DNA of 59,326 bases, the filler included. It is 5 parts of 5 records of this genome, joined end to end, with 100 filler letters (N's around TTAATTAATTAA, not from the genome) between each part and the next. Parts side by side here need not be neighbours in the genome. Positions count along the whole stretch, not along the records: positions 1 to 10,108 come from SRR2962707_5533; positions 10,209 to 15,332 come from SRR2962707_5545; positions 15,433 to 35,947 come from SRR2962707_5552; 2 more parts are not named here. The stretch is one strand, 5' to 3'. Both the position numbers and the translations under genes were made by a program. The notes beneath the pieces were generated by a model that worked only from the letters and a program-made list of their open reading frames with translations, was not told where the DNA came from and searched no databases. Below, piece by piece: positions 8,734 to 16,188 of this stretch. Each line of letters starts with the position of its first letter. Within the stretch, counting starts at the first letter, position 1.

Positions 8734-10092
8734 ATGTCTGACTTCGATCTCGTCCTGGCGGGCACTGTTGTGCTGCCAGATCTGATACTCGACCATGGCT
8801 ACGTCGCGATACGCGATGGCAAGATCGTCCATGTCGGCGAAGGCACGCCGCCCCATGCCCATGAACGCCATGAACTGGGCGACGCGCTGATCCTGCCCGG
8901 CGCCATCGACGCCCAGACCCATTCGCTCAGCCAGCGCGACCAGGAAGACTTCATCTGGTCCACCCGCTCGGCCGCTGCCGGTGGTGTCACCACCATTGTC
9001 GATATGCCCTATGACGAGGGCAATCTGGTCGCTTCAGCGGCCGCAGTGCGCACCAAGGTCGCGCTGGCCCAACCGCAGGCCCGGGTGGATTTCGCGCTCT
9101 ATGGCACCGTGGTGCCCGATGAGGGCGCCAGCCGCATCGCCGAGCAGGTTGAAGCCGGTGTCGCTGCCTTCAAGTTCTCCACCTTCGGCACCGATCCGGT
9201 CCGCTTCCCGCGTATCCCCGCAGCTTTGCTCGAGGAGTGCTTTGCGGCTATTGCGCCTACCGGACTGACCGCCGGCGTCCATAACGAAGATGACGAGGCC
9301 GTGCGCGCGGCAATGGCCAGGGTCAAGGCGCTTGGCATAACTGACTTTCGCGCCCATGGCCTGAGCCGCCCACCGCTGACCGAATTACTGGCCAGCCTGC
9401 AAATCTATGAAACCGGTGCCGCCACCAGTTGCCCCGCCCATGTTGTGCATTGCTCGCTCGGCCGGGGCTACGACATTGCCCGGTCCTATCGCGAGCAGGG
9501 CTTTGCAGCCACCATCGAATGCTGCATCCATTATCTGACGCTGGACGAGGAAAATGATGTCGCCCGGCTCGGCGGTAAAGCCAAGATCAACCCGCCCATC
9601 CGTCCGCGCGCCGAGGTTGAAAAGCTCTGGGAGCATGTGCGGGCCGGTAATGTCACCATGGTCTCGACCGACCATGTGAGCTGGTCGGAAAACCGCAAGA
9701 CCAACCCCGACATGCTGGCCAATGCCTCAGGCGTACCGGGCCTTGAGGTTATGGTGCCGCTTTTCATCAAGGGCGCCTTGGAGCGCAATATCCCGCTGAC
9801 CTGGGCCGCGAAGCTGATGGCCGAAAACCCGGCAAGACACTTCCGCATCGAACATTCAAAAGGCGCACTCAGCGTCGGCAAGGATGCCGACATCACCGTG
9901 CTGTTCCCGCGCTCCAAACGCTACGACGCTGCCGAGAGCGGCCACAACGTGGTGGGCTGGTCGCCCTATAACGGCATCGAACTGCCCTGGACGGTCGGCC
10001 TGACCTATCTGCGCGGCCAGCAGGTTTTCGACGGCACCAATGTCGGCGAGCCGGGTTTCGGAAGGTTCGTGCGGCCGGAGGTAGGCGCGTGA
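8734..10092 (+). CDS. Cyclic amidohydrolase (allantoinase/dihydroorotase/hydantoinase family)
   Basis: PGAIDAQTH, AAAGGVTTIVDMP, AAFKFS, GVHNE, HVVHCS, KINPPIR, STDH, GKDADI. The last base of the stop codon coincides with the adapter sequence. Confidence 0.85.
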   Translation: MSDFDLVLAGTVVLPDLILDHGYVAIRDGKIVHVGEGTPPHAHERHELGDALILPGAIDAQTHSLSQRDQEDFIWSTRSAAAGGVTTIVDMPYDEGNLVASAAAVRTKVALAQPQARVDFALYGTVVPDEGASRIAEQVEAGVAAFKFSTFGTDPVRFPRIPAALLEECFAAIAPTGLTAGVHNEDDEAVRAAMARVKALGITDFRAHGLSRPPLTELLASLQIYETGAATSCPAHVVHCSLGRGYDIARSYREQGFAATIECCIHYLTLDEENDVARLGGKAKINPPIRPRAEVEKLWEHVRAGNVTMVSTDHVSWSENRKTNPDMLANASGVPGLEVMVPLFIKGALERNIPLTWAAKLMAENPARHFRIEHSKGALSVGKDADITVLFPRSKRYDAAESGHNVVGWSPYNGIELPWTVGLTYLRGQQVFDGTNVGEPGFGRFVRPEVGA

Positions 10093-10108
10093 GATCGGAA
10101 GAGCGTCG
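10092..10108 (+). other. Untrimmed Illumina TruSeq adapter
   Basis: Exact AGATCGGAAGAGCGTCG at the contig end. Confidence 0.93.
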
Positions 10109-10208
10109 NNNNNNNNNNNNNNNNNNNNNNNNNNNNNNNNNNNNNNNNNNNNTTAATTAATTAANNNNNNNNNNNNNNNNNNNNNNNNNNNNNNNNNNNN
10201 NNNNNNNN
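10109..10208. other. Artificial contig linker
   Basis: 44 N + TTAATTAATTAA (stops in all six frames) + 44 N. Confidence 0.98.
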
Positions 10209-10209
10209 A

Positions 10210-10473
10210 GCCAAGATCAATTCGGGCGATCTGATCGCGATTTCCGAAGTGGTCCGCGATCTGTACCGCTCAGAAGAGCAGCCTGAGCAGTCCTATTCGG
10301 AACGCCAGTTGTTCGAGCAGGCCATGGATCGCATGAGCCGTGAGATCGGCGCCGTGCGCAAGCTTACCCTCACCGAGACGGTGCAGCTTATCGAAAAGCA
10401 GCTCGCCAAGAGCCCCAAGCGCACCAAGACCGATGCGGCTGAAGCCGAAAGCGACGAGGAAGCTGCCGCATAA
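10210..10473 (+). CDS. carD: CarD family transcriptional regulator, C-terminal fragment
   Basis: AKINSGDLIAISEVVRDLYR...EQSYSERQLFEQA is the alphaproteobacterial CarD C-terminus. Truncated by the contig start. Confidence 0.9.
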   Translation, partial: AKINSGDLIAISEVVRDLYRSEEQPEQSYSERQLFEQAMDRMSREIGAVRKLTLTETVQLIEKQLAKSPKRTKTDAAEAESDEEAAA

Positions 10474-10495
10474 GCGTTTGCGTCAGACCGATTGG

Positions 10496-10526
10496 AAAAA
10501 GGCCGGTGCAGACACCGGCCTTTTTT
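10496..10526 (+). terminator. Rho-independent terminator (likely bidirectional)
   Basis: AAAAAGGCCGGTG-CAGA-CACCGGCCTTTTTT downstream of carD. Confidence 0.9.
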
Positions 10527-10614
10527 GTGTTCAGGTAAACAACATTCGCCTTCGGGGTGACTCGGCCCCGACGATCTGGTCAAAGCCGGGGGATGCGAAA
10601 ATTTCGGTGACGCC

Positions 10615-10947
10615 ATGCCCAACTATGCCTTTCTTGCCATTGCCATTATTGCCGAGGTGATCGGCACCAGTGCGCTCAAGGCGTCGGAGGGGTTTTCCAA
10701 CCTGCTGCCCTCGATCCTGGTGGTGGTGGGCTATGGGGTGGCGTTCTACTGTCTGTCGATGACCCTGCGCACGCTTCCGGTGGGCATTGCCTATGCCGTG
10801 TGGTCGGGCGCCGGCATTGTGCTGGTGTCCCTGCTAGGCTGGATGCTCTACGGCCAGAAGCTCGATCTCTGGGCCATGCTGGGCATCGGCCTGATTATTT
10901 CTGGCGTGGTGATCCTCAACCTCCTGTCAAAATCGAGCGTGCACTGA
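10615..10947 (+). CDS. emrE: SMR family efflux protein, EmrE/QacE type
   Basis: 110 aa with 4 TM segments. [15 protein letters not shown] carries the membrane Glu; [11 protein letters not shown]. Confidence 0.88.
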   Translation: MPNYAFLAIAIIAEVIGTSALKASEGFSNLLPSILVVVGYGVAFYCLSMTLRTLPVGIAYAVWSGAGIVLVSLLGWMLYGQKLDLWAMLGIGLIISGVVILNLLSKSSVH

Positions 10948-11476
10948 GCCGATATCGGCCCGAGGCGAGGGCAGCTTGCAGGGCGGTCATGGTGTCCGCC
11001 CGGTTGAGACCGCTCACATTGAGGGCGTGATCCTCATGGCCCCCGAGATCGGCAAATTCGGCATGCAGGGCCGCCACCACAGCGGGGTCGGTCAGGCTGT
11101 CGCCACCGCGGGCCTGGCAGCGGGCCACAGCTTCCTCGGCGCTGGTGCGCAGGACGATATAGTGCAGCGGCAGGCCCAATTCGGCGAATTTGGGCAGGGC
11201 CCAGGGGCGGATCACGCCGTCCAGGGCGACGAAATAGCCATTGCTGGCATAGGCGCCCGCCACGCTCGCGGCGATCTGCATGATCATCTGATTCTGGGTG
11301 TGCGATTCAGGCAGCCAGGGGTCGACCTTGCCGGTCTTGATATAGCCCCAGAAATCGTCGGAGTGCATATGTACCTTGGGCCCGCCCGGCAGATGGGCGA
11401 GCGCCTCGGCGCAGGTGGTCTTGCCCGAGCCCGGATGGCCGGAAAGGATCAGGATATGGCCAGCCGGCAGGTCCAT
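10916..11476 (-). CDS. P-loop NTPase / small-molecule kinase-like protein
   Basis: [14 protein letters not shown] Walker A, HSDDF, ALDGV and lid motif RCQARG. Confidence 0.75.
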   Translation of the reverse strand: MDLPAGHILILSGHPGSGKTTCAEALAHLPGGPKVHMHSDDFWGYIKTGKVDPWLPESHTQNQMIMQIAASVAGAYASNGYFVALDGVIRPWALPKFAELGLPLHYIVLRTSAEEAVARCQARGGDSLTDPAVVAALHAEFADLGGHEDHALNVSGLNRADTMTALQAALASGRYRLSARSILTGG

Positions 11477-11479
11477 GGG

Positions 11480-12127
11480 TCAATCCGTTACGCGCAACGC
11501 GTCATAGGAGACCATGACGTGGTCTGCGAAGGCAGGACGCTCGGAAAGGGCCGCATAATAGCGGTCGATATGGGGCAGGTCGGGCCGGGCGATATCGATG
11601 TCGAAATAGCGATAGAGCACATGGCCGAACTGGATATCGGCCAGGGTGAAGTCCTCTCCGCAGAGGAACGCCTGCCGTTCCAGCCGCGCATTGGCGATGC
11701 GCAGGAAGCGGATGAGCGCTTCGAGGGCTGCGGTGATCGCCACCGGGTCCTGCATTGAGGGGGCGGTGCGCACCACGCGCCAGAAGACCGGGCCGGTAAA
11801 ATTAAGCGTGATGTTGATCTTGGCCCATTCGGCCCATTTGTCGATTTCGGCGCGACGGAGCGGGTCGGCAGGCCAGAAGCTGTCCGGGCCATAACGGCCG
11901 GCGAGATAGCGCAGGATGGCGCCCGTCTCCCACAATGCTGGGCCATCACCGTCCCGCAGCACCGGCACAGTGCCATTGGGGTTCATGGCCAGGAATTCGG
12001 GCGTGTCATTGCCGCCATGGATATGGCCAATGTCGTGACGCACATGGTCTAGGCCAAGCTCGCCAATGCACCACATCAGCGCCTGTACGTTGGAGGAGGT
12101 CTTGCGGCCCCAAACGGTCAGCGTCAT
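11480..12127 (-). CDS. Glutathione S-transferase (GstB/YliJ-like)
   Basis: VWGRKTSSNVQ, MNPNGTVPVL, WETGAILRYL and FTLADI. Confidence 0.92.
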   Translation of the reverse strand: MTLTVWGRKTSSNVQALMWCIGELGLDHVRHDIGHIHGGNDTPEFLAMNPNGTVPVLRDGDGPALWETGAILRYLAGRYGPDSFWPADPLRRAEIDKWAEWAKINITLNFTGPVFWRVVRTAPSMQDPVAITAALEALIRFLRIANARLERQAFLCGEDFTLADIQFGHVLYRYFDIDIARPDLPHIDRYYAALSERPAFADHVMVSYDALRVTD

Positions 12128-12957
12128 GGTTTTGGCCCACCCAGCACATCTTTCATGCTGACCGTGGCGCTGCCCGGCCGCAAGGGTTTTTGCTGGCTTT
12201 CATGCGGCACCCAGCCGGCGAGCCAGATGATTTCCAGTGTCGCGCGCACCCGGCCATCGGGGTCCGCGTCGCGCTCTGCATAGGCCTGGGCGGCAGTTGC
12301 GAGCAGGGTGCGAGTGGCAAAGCGCCGGGGGCGGTCGGCCAGGGGATTGGCGGCGCCCAGCGCCTTGAGTTCGGCCATCAGGGCAAAGGGGGTGGGGTAG
12401 CGCACGCGATGGGTTTCAACATCGGCGACCGGCAGGGCAAAGCCGGCCCGCTGCAACAGGGCGCCGGCATCGCGCACCTCGGCCATTGGGGCGACCCGGG
12501 CCGAGGCGCCGCCCGAGACCTGCAAATCGGCGGCCAGAAAGGCCTCGCGCAACTCGGTCAGGCTCTCGCCGCCAACAAAGGCGGCCATCAGCAATCCGTC
12601 AGGCTTGAGCAGCCGGCGCAACCGCGCCAGATGGCCGGGCACGTCATTGACCGCTTGCAGATGCAGCAGCGAAACAATCAGATCCTGCTCGCCCTCGGGC
12701 AGAAGGGGAAACTCGTCGCCGGAAAAGGCTTCGACGCGCTGCGCCTTCACAGGACCATTGGCGGTGAACAGAGTCTCGGGCAGGGTAGCGGCATCGGGGC
12801 CGATCAATATGGCGCGGTCAAAATCGCGCTTATAGGCACTCAGCCGATCGGCCAGGTCCTCGAGCACCAGGTCGCGCACGAAATTGTCGCTTGCCGGGCG
12901 GCGCTGGAGATTGCGGGCGATTTGGGTGGTGTCGAACAGGCGCGGAGGGGTGGTCAT
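12124..12957 (-). CDS. SAM-dependent methyltransferase (BioC/NDUFAF5-like)
   Basis: DLIVSLLHLQAVND, LKPDGL, GALLQRAGFALPVAD and QQKPLRPGSA. Divergent from comF, the usual alphaproteobacterial arrangement. Start placed at MTTPPRLF. Confidence 0.85.
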   Translation of the reverse strand: MTTPPRLFDTTQIARNLQRRPASDNFVRDLVLEDLADRLSAYKRDFDRAILIGPDAATLPETLFTANGPVKAQRVEAFSGDEFPLLPEGEQDLIVSLLHLQAVNDVPGHLARLRRLLKPDGLLMAAFVGGESLTELREAFLAADLQVSGGASARVAPMAEVRDAGALLQRAGFALPVADVETHRVRYPTPFALMAELKALGAANPLADRPRRFATRTLLATAAQAYAERDADPDGRVRATLEIIWLAGWVPHESQQKPLRPGSATVSMKDVLGGPKP

Positions 12958-12993
12958 CAAAAAGGCTTTCGCCGGGGCCGGGTCGGGAGCAAT

Positions 12994-13800
12994 ATGGCTG
13001 TTATGGAGACGGGGGCCGGGGAAGTCAAAGAGATCGGGCGCGGGGTGCGGCTGCGGCGGGGGCTGGCCGGGCTGCGGCACGCTCTGCTTGATCTGGTTTA
13101 TCCACCCGGCTGCGCTGCCTGCAGCGCGCCGCTGACCCGAGCGCAGGGGGTGTGCGCATCCTGCTTTGCCGGTTTGCGGCAGATCAGTGCGCCGTTTTGT
13201 CCGGTGCTGGGCATTCCTTTCGAGACCGATCTGGGTCCGGACACGCGCTCAGCCGAAGCACTGGCCGATCCCCCCCCCTTCGCGCGAGCGCGGGCAGCGG
13301 TGGTCTACAGTGCGGTGGCGGGCACGCTGGTCAGCCGGCTCAAGTATGGCGACAGGCCGGAACTGGCCCGGTTTTGCGCCCGGTTGATGGCTGTTGCCGG
13401 ACAAGGTTTCTGGGCCGATGGCCCGGTCATCGTGCCGGTGCCGCTGCATGCCAGCCGGTTGCGGTTTCGACGCTACAATCAATCCATGCTGCTGGCGCGC
13501 GAGCTGGGCCGGTTGACGGAACTGGATGTCGATCCGCATCTGATCGGGCGGCACAGAAAAACCCGGCAGCAGGTGGGGCTTTCCGGCGATGGGCGGTTGC
13601 GCAATGTGCGAGGGGCATTTTCAGCCCATCCGCATGCGCTTGAGCGCCTGGCCGGCCGGCCGGTGGTGCTGGTCGACGATGTCTACACCACCGGGGCCAC
13701 GGTCAAGGCAGCGACGCGGGTGCTCAAGCGGGCCGGTGCCACAGAGGTGAATGTGCTGACCTTTGCCCGCGTTGTCATTGGCGAGGATCTCCCCATATAA
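12994..13800 (+). CDS. comF: ComF family phosphoribosyltransferase-like protein
   Basis: CAAC...CASC...CPVLG zinc ribbon, LKYGDR, PVPLH..R...RRYNQ, LVDDVYTTGAT. The 621-aa ORF from 11935 is over-extended. Confidence 0.9.
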   Translation: MAVMETGAGEVKEIGRGVRLRRGLAGLRHALLDLVYPPGCAACSAPLTRAQGVCASCFAGLRQISAPFCPVLGIPFETDLGPDTRSAEALADPPPFARARAAVVYSAVAGTLVSRLKYGDRPELARFCARLMAVAGQGFWADGPVIVPVPLHASRLRFRRYNQSMLLARELGRLTELDVDPHLIGRHRKTRQQVGLSGDGRLRNVRGAFSAHPHALERLAGRPVVLVDDVYTTGATVKAATRVLKRAGATEVNVLTFARVVIGEDLPI

Positions 13801-13837
13801 AGGGGCCAGTTCATGATTTTCCGGAGCCCGGAGCGAT

Positions 13838-14092
13838 ATGACCAAGGTTGAAATCTACACCACCCCCACTTGCCCTTACTGTCACGCTGCCAAGGCGCTG
13901 CTCAATGAAAAGGGCGTGGACTATTCCGAGATCACAGTACTCGATCCCGATCTGCGCGAAAAAATGACCCAGCGCGCCCATGGCCGCCGTACCGTGCCAC
14001 AGATTTTTGTCGGCGATACCCATGTGGGTGGCTATGACGACATGGCGGCGCTCGACCGGCGCGGCGGGCTGGACCCCCTGCTGGCGCAGTAG
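13838..14092 (+). CDS. grxC: Glutaredoxin 3
   Basis: CPYC, TVPQIF and GGYDD. Confidence 0.95.
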   Translation: MTKVEIYTTPTCPYCHAAKALLNEKGVDYSEITVLDPDLREKMTQRAHGRRTVPQIFVGDTHVGGYDDMAALDRRGGLDPLLAQ

Positions 14093-14098
14093 TACGCC

Positions 14099-14926
14099 AT
14101 GAAAATCGCCGCTATCCAGATGTGCTCGGGGCTTGACCCGGCCGCCAATCTTGCCGCGCTCGCGCCGTTGCTGGCCGAGGCCGCCGCGCAAGGGGCGCGC
14201 TATGTGCTGACCCCGGAAGTCACCATGATCTTTCCCGAGAACCGGGATCAGCTCAAATCGGTGGCGGCGCCTTTCGAAGGGCATCCGCAATTGGCAGCGG
14301 TGGGCGCATTGGCCAGGCAGCATGACATGCATGTCCATATCGGCTCGCTGCCGATCCCGCTCGAGGATGGGCGCTTTGCCAATCGCTCGGTACTGTTCGG
14401 GCCGGATGGGGCGCAGCGCGCGACCTATGACAAGATCCATCTGTTCGATGCCGATATTGCCGGGCTCAACGCCTATCGGGAAAGCGCCACCTATAAGGGT
14501 GGCGACAGCGCGGTGATCGCGCCGCTGGGGGATTTTACCCTCGGCTTTTCGATCTGCTACGACATGCGCTTTCCCCGGCTTTACAACGCGCTGGCCAATG
14601 CCGGGGCGAGCCTTATGGCGGTGCCGGCGGCTTTCACCGTGCCCACGGGGCAGGCGCATTGGCATGTGCTGCTGCGGGCCCGTGCCATCGAGACCGGCTC
14701 CTATGTGATTGCCGCTGCGCAGGGCGGCAGCCATGCCAATGGCCGCGCGACCTATGGCCATTCGCTGGTCATCGACCCCTGGGGTAAAATCATTGCCGAG
14801 CTCGACCATGACCGGCCCGGCGTGCTGGTGGCCGAAATCGATGCGGCAGCGGTCGTCGAAGCACGCAAACGCGTTCCGGCGCTGGCCAATGCGCGGGACT
14901 TTGCGGCTCCGGGTTTGCACGACTGA
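14099..14926 (+). CDS. Carbon-nitrogen hydrolase (Nit1/deaminated glutathione amidase-like)
   Basis: Catalytic triad motifs LTPE, YDKIHLFD and ICYDMRFP; also RARAIETG. Confidence 0.9.
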   Translation: MKIAAIQMCSGLDPAANLAALAPLLAEAAAQGARYVLTPEVTMIFPENRDQLKSVAAPFEGHPQLAAVGALARQHDMHVHIGSLPIPLEDGRFANRSVLFGPDGAQRATYDKIHLFDADIAGLNAYRESATYKGGDSAVIAPLGDFTLGFSICYDMRFPRLYNALANAGASLMAVPAAFTVPTGQAHWHVLLRARAIETGSYVIAAAQGGSHANGRATYGHSLVIDPWGKIIAELDHDRPGVLVAEIDAAAVVEARKRVPALANARDFAAPGLHD

Positions 14927-14986
14927 GCCAAGGCCCTATATGGTCGGCAGATGGGCGCCCGACGCCGCAATGAAACGACAAGTCCA

Positions 14987-15332
14987 GTGATTCAGTATTC
15001 GCTTCAATGTTCGAACGGGCATCGCTTCGATGTCTGGTTCAAAAATGCAGCCGCCTATGAGGAACAGCATGGCCGCGGCCTGGTGAGCTGTGCCCAGTGT
15101 GGCGACGGCATGATTGAAAAGGCGCCGATGGCCCCCAATGTGGCGCGCACCGACCAGGACCGTGTGCCGGTTTCCGCGCATCACCCCGAGGCCGCCAAGA
15201 TCCGCGAGATGCTGCGGACCTATCGGCAAAAGGTGTTGGCCGAAGCTGAAAATGTCGGTGACCGCTTTGCCGAGGAAGCGCGCAAGATCCATTTCGAGGA
15301 GACCGAGGCGCGCGGCATTTATGGCGAGGCGA
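14987..15332 (+). CDS. DUF1178 family protein, 3'-truncated
   Basis: IQYSLQCSNGHRFDVWF, CAQCG, KAPMAP and VGDRFAEEARKIH...RGIYGEA. Confidence 0.88.
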
Positions 15333-15432
15333 NNNNNNNNNNNNNNNNNNNNNNNNNNNNNNNNNNNNNNNNNNNNTTAATTAATTAANNNNNNNNNNNN
15401 NNNNNNNNNNNNNNNNNNNNNNNNNNNNNNNN
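15333..15432. other. Artificial contig linker
   Basis: 44 N + TTAATTAATTAA + 44 N. Confidence 0.98.
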
Positions 15433-15912
15433 GCCGCGCCGAGGATCTGTTACCTGCACAACACCGCGCTTTACTTTCAGCACAGCGCCTGCTTCGTCCA
15501 CGATCACATTAAAGCGCGTGCCTTTAACAACCGCCGCTAAAAACGGTGTTTCAACACTTAGATGTTGATAGGACTTTGTTTCCACATCGAGAAGCAAGTC
15601 TCCAAATTTCTGGCTCACAACGGTATCGAGACCTGGCCCTTCAAGCCGCGTAATTGACGCCAAGGACTCTGGCTTGAAAAGGATCATCTCTTTGCCGCGA
15701 TTGAGAACTAAGCGACCATGCTTACCTGTATAGACCCAGCTCGCATCAGGAATGATCGTGCCCTTTTCGATGGCATCCCAGTTCTTACCATCCAAACTAT
15801 ACATAGCCGGATCGATCACCTTGGATGCGACCCACTCTAAGGCGCGCGAAGGAACGGAAAATACAAATAAAAGAAACGCTGTCGCGATGATACGCTTAAC
15901 AAGAAGAGACAT
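15433..15912 (-). CDS. Secreted FecR-domain protein, 3'-truncated
   Basis: Signal peptide and the FecR core VETPFLAAVVKGTRFNV...KVKRGVVQV. Confidence 0.8.
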
Positions 15913-16188
15913 TGCCCCGCCCTCAATCAATACAATAGCCCCCTAAAGTAAACGAATATGGTAAACGAACTTATAAGATACTTAGTGCTCTCTTGGATCG
16001 TGTTGGGGATTGGCACTTCCGAAATCAGAGAAAAAGCGCCAACCGTTTGAACCATTGCCGCGAATAATATAGAAGCGGATGATGTCCGCGCCTATATGTA
16101 TAGAGATGAGCGCATTGGCGAAACTCAAAAAGAGTCGTAAGTATTTGATAGATATAAATAAGTTTTGCGAATCGCAGGACGCGAACAA

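Noticed and set aside
10153-10164. TTAATTAATTAA repeated four times as a biological repeat or CRISPR
   Set aside because: It is always centred in N runs, so it is an assembly spacer.
10530-10614. Guanidine riboswitch upstream of the SMR gene
   Set aside because: GC hairpins are present, but I see no paired ACGR-loop hairpins or ykkC-type consensus, and the protein is EmrE/Qac-type rather than Gdx/SugE.
11935-12993. Long N-terminal extension of ComF (621-aa ORF)
   Set aside because: It is the antisense shadow of the methyltransferase and GST genes; ComF similarity begins near 12994.
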